From assembly GCF_009914755.1 (NCBI RefSeq), contig NC_060931.1: a stretch of 64,000 nt of DNA; one strand, given 5' to 3'. A program made the translations under genes and the position numbers. Of the stretch, positions 13,570 through 26,052 are shown one piece after another. Position 1 is the stretch's first letter. Each line of letters opens with the position of its first letter. Below the pieces are notes generated by a model, which had not been told where the DNA came from, searched no databases, and saw only the letters and a program-made list of their open reading frames with translations. Source of the stretch: the human T2T-CHM13v2.0 reference genome, Homo sapiens.

Positions 13570-13710
13570 CGGCAGGGCAGAGAGAGGGAGGGAGAGACTA
13601 AAAGATAAGAGAGATTGACAGACAGGAGTCCCAGAGAAATACAGAGTGTGAGGCACAGAGACAGGCAGACAGACAGCACGCACATGCAATGAGACAGGGG
13701 CAGGCAAATA
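13570..13710. repeat. GA/GACA-rich low-complexity tract
   Basis: gagagagggagggagagac...gacaggcagacagacag. Confidence 0.7.
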
Positions 13711-13748
13711 GAAACCCAAAGGAGACCAGGAAGATGCGGAGCTGCAGT

Positions 13749-13773
13749 GGGGCAGGCGGGCGGCCGGGTGGGG
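13749..13773 (+). other. Canonical G-quadruplex motif in a small GC/CpG patch
   Basis: GGGG caggc GGG cggcc GGG t GGGG. Confidence 0.6.
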
Positions 13774-14059
13774 AGAAGAGAGATCTTCATGGGGCTCTGT
13801 CTGCTGAGTGGGAGGCCCTCCTGTGTCACAGCAGTGCTTCCTGCTGCCTGCCAGGGGCTCTGAGAGCTGCCCCCTTGCATCACTCCAATCAACCCTCTCT
13901 TACCTGATCCAGTCTATTTCTCACTTATGAAATCTAGAAAAACAATTTCAAATATCAACACCTAATGAGAAGCAGCACTGGCAATTTTGACACATATTGT
14001 GGATAAATAAGTTAAAATATCTGGGAAACCTACTTGGCTATCACTAACAAAATTCTATA

Positions 14060-14420
14060 AAATATTGATACCTTTGGACTCAATGTTTATAATAGGAAAA
14101 AGTGTATACAACCTCAATGCCCAACAGTAGAAGAAAAGTTAAGCAAATTAAGACCAAAATACGTTTACTTCATGTGGTGAATAATATCACCTCTAAAAAG
14201 ATTTATGGTTAAGAGAAAAATGCTGAATATAAAAGTACATAGAACTATGTAAAAATGTACACTGAAAATAAAGACCACAAGAAAATACCGAGGGAGATAA
14301 TAGGAGGCCACATTTGGGTGGCAACGCTAAGAGATTTTTTCTTCCTCTATACGTTCTCTGTATTTTCAACATTTTTATAATGAGAATATATTCAAGATGA
14401 TATATTACGTAAAAAACAAA
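14060..14420 (+). mobile_element. Old L1ME 3'UTR fragment
   Basis: acaacctcaatgcccaacagtagaag...ttctctgtattttcaacatttttataatgag. Confidence 0.6.
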
Positions 14421-16314
14421 TAGAATAAAGAGCGAAAAAGTAGTAAGAGTCTAACTCCGATACACTTTTGTACTTGTGACTTTCCTATTGCTATGATACC
14501 CAGTACGGATTCCTACACAGAACTGGTTCTAAGAATTGCCGTCATCTGGCTAAGCTTCTTCCCGGTATTGCTATGGTGACATTTACTTAGTAAACATTTC
14601 CTCAATGCCTGCCCACTTTGTACAAGGTTGAGTTTAATGGCTGCTGATACTCTGATGGGCTACTCGCTACCCATACTTTCTGAGACAGCCAATTCCATTT
14701 TTAAGTGTTTGGGTGACACTGATTATCTCCAACTTAATCAGCTGTCCTGAGGCCTGTATGAGCAGCTCACTGATCTGACAGTAATCAGAAGGCTGTTAGA
14801 TGCCCAACAAGTTTCCCTTATTCTTGAGATACTTAGACCTATAGCTGCTCACGGTTCTGCCTAGCAGTCACATTTGTCCCGGCTCAGGTGGTCTGCTTGT
14901 CTTCCCTTCTTTAGATAGAATAAGAGTCAACTATATATAGCTGTTACCCTTTTTCATTTCTTTTTTGTGTGTTTATACACTAAGAAGACAAGGGAGAAGG
15001 CATAGCAATTCATCATTTTTATATGTCGTTCTGCTCTTTGTAAGAGCCAGTGGAACTATACATACAATTAACATTCAAAAAACGTTACTAAAGATTTCTA
15101 AATGACATGACCACAGAATTAGGTGTTTTAAACACCATGTATGTTAGCACAGAGTTGGATTTAAAAAGCCAGCAGCTGAAACAGAAATTATCCTGGTAGA
15201 CTGTTTACAGGCCTACCGCTGTGATAACAAACCTCCCTCAGCCCCTTCAACATCAACCCCAGAAGCACATGTAGAGGGTGGGTGGTTAGCCTTCTGGGCT
15301 GACACGGGCATGCACATCTGACTTTGTTATTGTTGTCTGAGTTTTTGGAACACTGGGGGGTGATGTCTGCCTATAATACATGTGGCCAGATGTCTTTTCA
15401 AGAAAAGAAGAAATATCCCAATTCCAGCCGGAATACTCAAAGACCCAATACAGTTTCCCCATCTTTCCTTGCTGGTTCTTATTTAATAATAAAATCTGTC
15501 TTCCTTTTAAGCAGCCAGTGGACAGGCCTGTTTGAGGCAAGACGCACTAAAATGTCTCAAAGGAATTCTACAAAGATGGCTTTCCTTTCAAGTTTAACTC
15601 CTGAGGAATAAATCCTTCTCTGCAAGAGCATTCTCTAGTTTCTCAGGGCTAAACATGCATTCAGCAGTTCCTATTTTGATTGGAACGTTTCATCGCTTTT
15701 CTCTATCACTGTAGCAGACAGAATCACTGAATTGTATACAAGAGAAAACCAGGAATAAAGAGATAGGTCCTACTGATGGTGTATTCAAAGCAAGCTTTCT
15801 CCTTTAAACCTCAATGTTGCTAGAGTGAAGAAAGTCGGCTGGCTAGCTTTATTTATTTCACCCAGATTTGTGATGTGGAAAAGGTTGAACAGAATAGCAG
15901 TTTTAGTTTCCACGGATCACTATAAGACAAGATGATATAACTGGAATTAGAAATATAAAGTTTATCTTGTTTCATTAAAAGGATCCTTAAATAGCTAGAG
16001 ATTGAAATCTTATCAGCCTTCAGTTTTGCAATGGTGTGATGAAGAGGCAGACGCTACTATCAGGCAGTTCCCATAACAGGGCTAGGTATGCCGTGGTCAT
16101 TGGATCCTACTATTTCTTTGTGTCTAGAACAATTACCCCTCAGGTGTACTGAATTGGGGATGATAGTGACCTACTGGCACCTATAGAAGTAGTGTTTATA
16201 AGATGGACTCCATTTCATACAAAGCTTTCCAGTTTTCAGTTTGAACGTGTAGGGTTATGCCATGCCCCTGATCAAGTTTCTTTAGTGGATATTCATTACC
16301 TGTAACAAATAAGA

Positions 16315-16488
16315 GGTCATCTAGCTGCAAATCAGAATCATCCATGGACAATGTAAAGAAAAACAGATGCTCAGGACATGCTCTACCTGAGTATTCTAAT
16401 TCAATGGTCCCAGGATCCAGGTATAAACATTTTTTTAAAAAAAGCTTTCCAGATGATTGAAATGCATACGATTGAGGACTACTGGCTT
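16315..16488. mobile_element. MER5A/B relic
   Basis: atcagaatcatcc...aaacagatgctcaggac...gctttccagatgatt...ttgaggactactgg. Confidence 0.65.
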
Positions 16489-16749
16489 GCAAGAGGAAGT
16501 CTCTGTGTTACATACAAGGCTCAATTACCCCCACTTTTCAGCTGACATTTCACCTTCCAGCCACACAAATCCACTTGCAGTTCTCTACAGACTATCTCCA
16601 CACCTTTGTAGCAGCCATGCCCACCCTTACTGTGGGCACAGCAGAGTGGCCACTGTATAAGGTCGCAGCTCAAATGAGGCCTTCTTGTCCATTTCTGCCT
16701 AACATCCCCAGGCTGGCATGCACCAGGCTGCCCTTGCATATACCTTGTA

Positions 16750-16910
16750 TATATATTACAACACTATTACAATAAAGATACTTACATGCTTCTCTCCTAC
16801 CTGAACTGTAAGCTCCTGGAGGACCTGGTCTCTATGATTCCTATATCCTGCTGCCTAGCAAAACACCTGTCATATGATAGGTACTCAAAAAATTCTTGAT
16901 GAACTAATAA
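16750..16910 (+). mobile_element. L2 3' end
   Basis: actgtaagctcctggagg...gcctagcaaaacacctgtcatatgataggtactcaaaaaattcttgatgaa. Confidence 0.75.
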
Positions 16911-17896
16911 TTGCATCCATGTAAATAAAACCAATGTAGTCAATGTTGTAAGAAACAGACTGCTGGCATTATTTTGAGTTGAATGGAAGAAAATTGGAAT
17001 GGATATAATCACGAATTTTTATTCAAATAGATTTTTTTGTAGTGAGCTTTGGATTCCAAGAGTTACTTAATCATCCTCAAGCATGCTACAAGAGAAAATG
17101 CTTGGGGATCTTTGACTCAGTTAGAAGCAATGCTGCTTCCATTGTATGTCTGGAACTCATTTCAAGAGGATTCGTATGTCTTCACTTCTAGTCCTAGATA
17201 TCTCTGAAAGAAAACCCAAAAGAAAGAAGCCAGCAGGGGAATTGACAAAAACGAAGATATATTTTATGTGCAGTTTAGAGTTTTCTGAATAGCATTTTTA
17301 TAAGGTACAAGCTTGCAGGCCTTAAAATATGACTCAGAACACCAACTGTGATGCCAACGTTTTTATTTTTAGACTTTTTAGCAGAGAATATGGCAATAAA
17401 TCCAAGCTACTCAGTCTACAAATCCTCTAAACTTCCTCCTAGAGAACAGAATAGCACTTGGCATTTCTTGGGGTATTATTTTACTTGCATATATAGTTAT
17501 GCTAGTAAAATTTTGGTGACTAAAGAAGAATTAATAACTGAAGCTCTCAATGATTCCCATGATTACTGCTTAAGTTGGCAAAATATCCTCAGGCACAGAA
17601 GAAGCTTGCTGATGAAAATGTGTATGGGTGGATTGTTCAGTTTTTTTCACTGTGATACACTTGCTTGTAGTTATGTCTGTGTTCTGAGACAAGTGGTAAG
17701 GGCATAATAACAGAAGGTTTACCATTTTGAGAGAGAAAATAGGACTACAGAAAATTCAATGGCATGATAAAAATATTTTACACTTTATACCAACTGTGCT
17801 TTGCTGTTCCACACCTTAGCTTCTCACTACCCTATCTCTTTTTGTAAAGAAAAAAAATGCTTCTTGAGGTATAATTTATATCCAATAAAATGCACC

Positions 17897-18567
<671 letters not shown>

Positions 18568-20131
18568 GCACCCCTTTTAAGTGTACAGACTGATGAGTTT
18601 GGAGCAAATGTATATGCCTATGTAACCATCGCTTCAATCAACACCTCAAAGAACATTCCCTCACCCAAAGAGCTCCCTCATGCCCTTTTGCAGTCAACTC
18701 TAACCCTGATGCCTCTGATTTCTATCACTACCATCTGGTTTTACCTGTTCTAGGACTTTGTATTAATGGAATCATACAGAATATGCTCTTTTCTTTTATG
18801 GCTCCTTCACCTCAATATGATGTTTCTGAGTTTCAGCCATGTTGTTGCTAATATCAGTGGTCCCTTCTTTTTTGCTGCTGAGTAGCATTTTGTTGTATAA
18901 ATGCACCACAATTTATCTGTTCACCAGCTGATGAACATTTGAGTTGTTTCCAGTTTTTAGTTGTTACAATCAAGCTGCTATTAACATTTGTATTACAGGC
19001 CTTTCTCTTGGGTAAATACAAAGAAGCAGTACGACGGGCCAGAGGGTAAGCGTGTTTAGCTTTAGAAATTGCCAAACTGCTCTCCAAAGTAGCTGCACCT
19101 CTTTATACTCCCACCAGCCATGTCTGACAGCTCTAGTTGCTCCACATCCTAGCCAACATTTGCTATTGTCAGTCTTTTACATTTTAGTCATGCTGATGGG
19201 TGTGCAGGTGTGCCTCACTGTAGTTTAATTTAGAAGGTCTGAAATCTGTTTCGTTCAGTGTGTAACTTTTTCCTCTTTCTAAGGAACACAGGCAATGTGG
19301 TATACTGAAAGGTCGCTGGATCAGGGTCGTTGTCGTAAATTTTATCACCAACTTTGTCATTAAATAGTTGCTAACGCCGTAAAGACCATCTATCCCACCT
19401 CATTTCTTCCCTATTGATAAAATAGTTAATTGAGCCAAATGAGGCTTAAATTCTTGTACTAAGTAAAAATGAACATCAATAAGTTTTACCAAAAATATCG
19501 CAGTACTTTCATAATAGTTTAGCACTTTTTTTTTTACAGACTGTCCCACAGGTTTCAAAGAGAATTTGTATATTAATATATTCTATTTCATGCTATAATT
19601 CTCTCCCAAATACCACACTTTTTTTTTAAGGAATAAGAATTCATCAAGAAAGGAGTTCCATTCAATGGAAGGCTCCCTCCTTGCCTGCTGCTTCCAAGCT
19701 AATTTGCCAAATCATGAACTTTGATGTGAACATTAATGCATTCCATTTATAGTCATCTGAGTTTAATTCCAAATTGTACCTGTTTTTAAAAAACGTTTCT
19801 GATTCCAAAAGCATAAGTAATCATCCTTGGTCATGTATGTTTTGCTCACTAAGCTTTAAATTGTGGAGTGAATCAATTGGCAAATCTTTGGATTTCATTT
19901 GATATCTGCTGTATGCTTATACAATATCTCTTTACTATTGTTCAGCCTCGTATATCTAGCAATGTAAAAAAAACCAACCAAATCCCCAAAGTTAGTCTTC
20001 ACCTCTCTGGGTTCTCATAGAGCAAGGTAAGGGTAAAGTAAAGGTGAAGGCATCGTTAATGATAAAGGAAGGAAAATATCATACATTCTTTATGAGAAAA
20101 CTTTAGGAGTTAGAAGAAAGGGTAACTAATG

Positions 20132-20689
20132 ATTTTTTAAGAGGTTAACCTGGAAAGGTTAATGACCAACTGAATTGATGGCTTTATTCTTCTAATTAAC
20201 TAATGATCAAAGGTGAGGCAGAAATGCATGGCAAAACTGAAGGAAACTAGTTTTTTCAGTTCCAAGGAAATATGCACTAAAATAAAAAAAATGTGCAAAT
20301 AAAACATCTGGTGTTTGTAGGAATACATGGGAAAAACTCAACACTTTTTGTTGTCAATTCCTGTCTAAACAAACAAATTTTATACTGCCTATCCAAGATT
20401 AAGATTACACTTAACAAAGGTTTCCCATCTCTTGTTCTAAAGATATCTCAAAATATGCCAAGAAAAAAAAAGTAAACTTTTTATTGCTGACAGCAAAAAA
20501 GACACAGGTTTCAGTGGGAGGTCTATTTCAATAGGAATGGGGGACACTGAGTTGCAGCTAAAAAAAGATCACATATTAAAAATACATATGCAGTGTACTT
20601 CAAAGGGCCTCTTACCTAAGGGGGAAATGAAGAATAAAGCCATCAATTCAGTTGGTCATTAACCTTTCCAGGTTAACCTCTTAAAAAAT
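20132..20689. repeat. Perfect 61-bp inverted repeat (20132-20192 / 20629-20689) with 436-bp spacer
   Basis: attttttaagaggttaacctggaaaggttaatgaccaactgaattgatggctttattcttc and its exact reverse complement. Confidence 0.97.
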
Positions 20690-21306
20690 TTAATGAAAGT
20701 TATGGTCCAGTCTTTCCAGAAATGATTATATGGTTTTGCACAGTCCCAAAGGGTCTGGCTCTCTGAAAGCCTTCTGTGGAGTCTTTAAGGGTTTAAGAAC
20801 CTAGGTTGAGGTGAAGGATTTCTGATTAAATGAATTCATCAATGAGATTTTGTCACTGAAACTTGACCTATATCCAAAAACAAGTAGGCAAACCTCTCTC
20901 CAATCCAAATGCCAAATACATACATGGTAGAATGTGAAGATGATTTTTTTAATTCCAAAAATTATTTAACATTCTCACAGGAAGTACGTGTTCAGAGGCA
21001 AAAAGTGAGCTGTGGGAAGACAGATGCTCCCAGACATCCATTTCCCAACCATTGCTTCCTGAACATCAAGGTAAGCCAACAAGTCTGAACAGTCATTTGA
21101 GGGGGTGGTGTCAGTTCCTTCCATTTCTAGAATAGGTCTTTTCTAAAAGGAGGTATTCATTGTGGGGCACAGAGGGAGGAGTATGAATGGCTAACAAAAA
21201 TGTTTGTGAGCAGACTGAAAAGTGTTATTTAATTTGGAAAAAAATTCAGAACTATAGGTGAAAAGAGATAATTTGGGAACTCTGGGTTATAAGTTACGTG
21301 CCTGTC

Positions 21307-21757
21307 TGTGGTAGGCAGAATAATGGTCCACAAATATGTCCATGTTCTAACCCCCAGAAGCACTGAATGTACCTTATATGGCAAAAGGGACTTCTCAGAT
21401 ATGATGGGGAGATTATCCTGGATTGTCCTGGGAGGTCTGATCTAACCACAAGGGTCCTTATAAGAGGGCATCAGGAGATGTAGAAGGCAATGTGATGATG
21501 GAAACAGAGGAAGAAAAGGAGATGTGATGTGAAGCCATGAGCCAAGGAATGCAAGCAGCCTCTAGAAGACAGAAAAAGCATGGAAGTGAATTCTCCACAA
21601 AAGCCTCCGAAAGAACAATGCCCGTTGACACCTGATTTTAGTTTTCTGACCTCCAGAACTGAAAGAAAATAAAATTGTGTTAGTTTAAGTCATAAATTTA
21701 AACAACTTAAGCTTAAAGCAACTTAATTTGCTATAGCAGTAATAGGCAACTAATATA
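21307..21757 (+). mobile_element. MLT1D-like solo LTR
   Basis: tgtggtaggcagaataatgg...ggagattatcctggatt...tagcagtaataggcaactaata. Confidence 0.88.
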
Positions 21758-21934
21758 GTCTTTCCTAAAAGAAAAAAAAAAGGAAGGGGATGTAAGGAAA
21801 TAAAGAGAAGTATGAAACAGCATGTGAAAAAGCATTTTCTGATGAACAACAAACACTTGCATCAACAAGACTGATACTGTCTCAAATGTGGTCCTGAGCC
21901 AGCAATATATGGGGAAGCTGAGGCTTAATGGAAA

Positions 21935-22075
21935 AACATTAGGAGTTAGAAAACCTGGGCTCTCATCCTCACTCTCCCACATACAGCTGTGTCATCGCGT
22001 AAACACAACCCCTTTGGGTCTCAGTGACTGATCTGTAAAACAAAACATGTAGACTAGATGAATGATAATCTCTCC
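21935..22075 (+). mobile_element. MIR fragment
   Basis: ggagttagaaaacctgggctctcatcc...gtctcagtgactgatctgtaaaa. Confidence 0.65.
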
Positions 22076-22442
22076 TTAACAAAGGCCAGAGGGCTTTCCC
22101 TACAGACTGGTTCAAACCAGTGGTCAGTTTTCCCATAAACCAGTTCCCATAAACCATGTCTTATTTAATTAATAAGAAATGAATGGGCACATTTGTCCCA
22201 CTTTAAAGCTTCGGCAACTGAGGCTTAACAAGGTCATATTTGTCCACCATCACTGGAATTTGAATGCAGGCATTTCGGACTGAAGATCACCTTTTTATCC
22301 AGTGTACTTGCAGCATTCCCCGGTCAAGTTTCAAGCTGTGCGCCCAGGGGTCTGAGATAGGTTAGAATGCAAGAGCAAGAGAACACCACCAACACAAACC
22401 AGGATCATAAACATCCTAGAGAAAATGAAAGGGAAAAGGGGG

Positions 22443-22805
22443 TGCTCTGGTGAGAATGTTGATGTCCCCCTGAAATTCATACATTAAAACCTAGTCACCA
22501 ATTTGATGGCATTGGGATGTGGGGTCTTTGGGAGGTGATTAGGTCACGAAGGCAGAGCCCTCATGAATGGGACTAGTGCCCTTTTAAAGATTCCCCACAG
22601 AGCTGCCTTGTCCCTTCCACCCTGTGAGCACACAGCAAAAAGGCACTGTCTACCAACCAAAAAACGAGCCTCCCAAGACACCAAATCCAATAGTACTTCG
22701 ATCTTGCATTTTCCAGCCTCCAGAACTACGAGAAGTAAATTTCTGATGTTTATAAGCCACCCAGTTTATGCTATTTTGTTAGAGCAGCCCAAATGGACTA
22801 AGACA
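22443..22805 (+). mobile_element. MLT1A0-like solo LTR
   Basis: tgctctggtgagaatg...gggaggtgattaggtcacga...gcagcccaaatggactaagaca; G-run TSD. Confidence 0.9.
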
Positions 22806-25179
22806 GGGGCAAAGACCAAACTGCCTTATATTCAAGCATTTGAAATGTTGGGCATTCAGGAACGATCTTTCTAAGATCACTTTTTAAAAGAAACAAAAAC
22901 TTTCAAGACTCCAACTGGTCCCCGGGGACAGACCCCCACTGTTCTGTAAGGCAGAATGCCATGTTACAAACCAGTGAACCGTCTTTCCTCCATATTCAAA
23001 TTCCACACCGGACCTGATGCTGCTGCACCAACTCCAGTCTTCACGGTTCACAGGAGGAGAATGGAAGGGCTGCTGCCCAAAATAGTTTAATAAGGCCAGC
23101 AGTGATTCAGAGAGTAATAACAGGCCACGCACGCAGACGCCTGCAGAACTGGGACCCAGCTGAGAGGGGGGTTCGCTGCTCAAGGTTAAAATGGGGAATA
23201 AAGAGGACAGGGACATTCAATTACACGTGTTCAAAGGAGAAAAGATCATGAGTACCACCTGCAAACTCCCAAAAAGGCAGTCAAATAAGAGGCATTTCAG
23301 CTTGACAATTTAGTAACACTGCTCTAGAGTCAAAAAAAGAACCAACCCATGAAGGTAAAAAGCAACCTTGCCAACATACACCCTTTAGAACATTTTCTCT
23401 CTCAATGGACTCTGATTTGTTACTGAATAATTTCATGGACATAACAATATGTTAAGTTTATGAATATTTAAAAAGATGCCCAACATCAGGAGAACAAAAA
23501 AAATCCAGAAAAACATCGAGAAAACTTTATTAACAGTCTCAAGCTAGTCTAAACCCCAAACAAGATTCACCCTACCATGCAAAACACTTAAATCATTAAT
23601 ATTTCCGATTATGCTTCCATTCCCAAGAAAAACTAGTAATTGAGCAAAACTCTAAGCTTGTGTAAAAAAGAAATGTTGCATTTCTATCATTTATTTATCT
23701 TAAACTCCAGTTGAGGCAAGTATTTGCCTATGCTCTCAGTTCTGATCATAAGTTGATATTTAAATAATTAGTTATGAGAAAAGCAAACCAATGGGTAATT
23801 CCCAAAGTTACTATCTGCTTTTGCTATCAAAGTTTGGAATTTCAGTCAAATATACAGCGAAACATATATACACAAGAGCTATGCCACTTAGCATAAATAG
23901 AGTAAAACAACAAATACTAAGATTTGTTGGCATTAAATCAGTTTGGTCTATAAATACCTTTATAGATGACATTAGAAAAGCAAAGTTTAAGAATGCAGAT
24001 AGACCATGTGTGTAATAGCTCTAAAATAGGAATCTGATAGGAAGTTAATTTTCTCAGCTGGAGCCAAGAGTTCAAGCTTGTAACTGATGGAAAATAAGGT
24101 CATATTGGAGCAGTCTTTTACATGAAAAATTAAATCTCACCACTTCAATACAGGCCTCATTTTAAAAACACCAGTATCAATCATCTCAACAAATTTTTAT
24201 TCAAATATTACACAGATATGGCATGTTCAACACTGATCTTATTGACAAGTGTAAGCCTGCTTTGCTGGATGTCTCAGAAGCAATAACCCTTTCATTATAA
24301 TCCTTTCTTGTGTCTGAGTTTTAAGCTTTAATGACAGATAACCGAGTTCCTCAGATCAAAGACACAATAATAGCCGGGAATAGAACATAAGTGAAATGAA
24401 CAGTGTCAACAACACAAAACAAAACACCTTCATTTACTGGTAGAGAATAGAGTACCTGCTGTGCCTAAATGGAAAACAACCCTCATATACTGCATGTGTT
24501 ATCAAAAACATATCTATCTTTTGGCCCCCAACCACTAGGGAGTAGCACAAAGTACATTAGGGTTTCAAGAAGTCTATCATGCAAGCTGATCTTCTCAAAA
24601 TCGGATTAGAAATCAGGATGAACCATATCAAGGAAACTCAGCATAACTACTTAGACGGCTTTATCCTTTAAATAAATGCTGTAAAATAGAGTTTGTCATA
24701 CAGCTTACTTTTGAATGGATCTTTTCTGGAAATATTTCACCCTTCAGAAGTGATATAATGACACAGGTTTGAATTAGGCCAATTTTCAGTTATGTCTTCT
24801 GTTCCTTGGCTTGGGATTCAACATCCTTGGACTTTTGGCAACAGGCAGATGGAAACGCCAGAAATTATAATTTTGCTGAAATGCCTTCTTTCTGGGGGAC
24901 TTAATTATTTCTACTGCATGGGTTTGTTTCATTTTACATAATGCATTTTCTTAAAAATTGTATGTAGCCATTTAAAATGACTCACAAGAACTTTTAGTGG
25001 CTTTTCCTTTAAGCCCCCTTTCAAAAAATATGTACAAGGTTGCTCATCATAAGGTTGTTTGTACTAGTAAAGAAAGGAAAACATCTCAATGCATAGAAAA
25101 TTTGATAAATAATTTGTAGTACAACTACATAATAACCTATAAGACATCCATTAAAATGATAAAACAGGCATGAGGGAGG

Positions 25180-25520
25180 CTTTTTAATTGAAGAAATATA
25201 TATTCACAAGAAGTTGCAAAAATACTGCAGAGTGGTCCAGTGTACCCTTCACTCAGCACCCACCAATGGTAACATCTTATGTATAACTACAATCAAAAAC
25301 AGGAAATTAATATTGGCACACTACAATTAGGCTACACAGTTTACTCAGATTATGGTAAGCTACAGAACTTACTCAGAAACTCACCAATTTTTACATGTAC
25401 TCACTTTGTGTGTATGTGTATATATGTATTGTATATATTTCCATAAAATGTTATCTCATATATATTTATGTAATCGCCACCACAAACAAGATACAGAATT
25501 GTCCATCACCACAGAGAAAA
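25180..25520 (-). mobile_element. L1MC-type 3' end, within older L1ME fragments
   Basis: ttcacaagaagttgcaaaaatac...gtacccttcactcag...ccaatggtaacatctt. Confidence 0.7.
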
Positions 25521-25909
25521 CTACAAGGGAACTTTTTACACTACTAGAAATGGTCTATATCTTGACCTGGGTGGTGGTTAGGCCATATACTTCAGTTATA
25601 CAATTTAGATTATAAAGTATGCTTATATCTAAAAAGAATGATGAAAAGTTCTATTGATTGATGGCACATTAGGTTTTTTTAAAAGTTACAAAACAATATT
25701 TATAGAATGATTCAATTCTCACATGTGTCTCTATGTGCCTGGGGGTGGGGTGGGGGAACACCAATATTTAATTTTCTTCTACAAATTCTATTTTATGTAT
25801 TCTGGCATCTATTTTGCAATGAGTATGAGTTGCTTTAATAAAGCAGAGAAAAAGACCAAAAAAAAGGTATGTTCTGTATATTCTCGAAGAAGGAATCTTT
25901 TTTTTTTAT

Positions 25910-26052
25910 TATTATACTTTAAGTTTTAGGGTACATGTGCACAATGTGCAGGTTAGTTACATATGTATACATGTGCCATGCTGGTGTGCTGCACCCATTA
26001 ACTTGTCATTTAGCATTAGGTATATCTCCTAAAGCTATCCCTCCCCCTCCCC
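25910..26052 (-). mobile_element. Heavily 5'-truncated young L1 (L1PA2/3-like) 3' end with long TSD
   Basis: tatactttaagttttagggtacatgtgcacaatgtgcaggttagttac...; TSD aggaatc(t)10at at 25891-25909 and 26053-26071. Confidence 0.93.
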
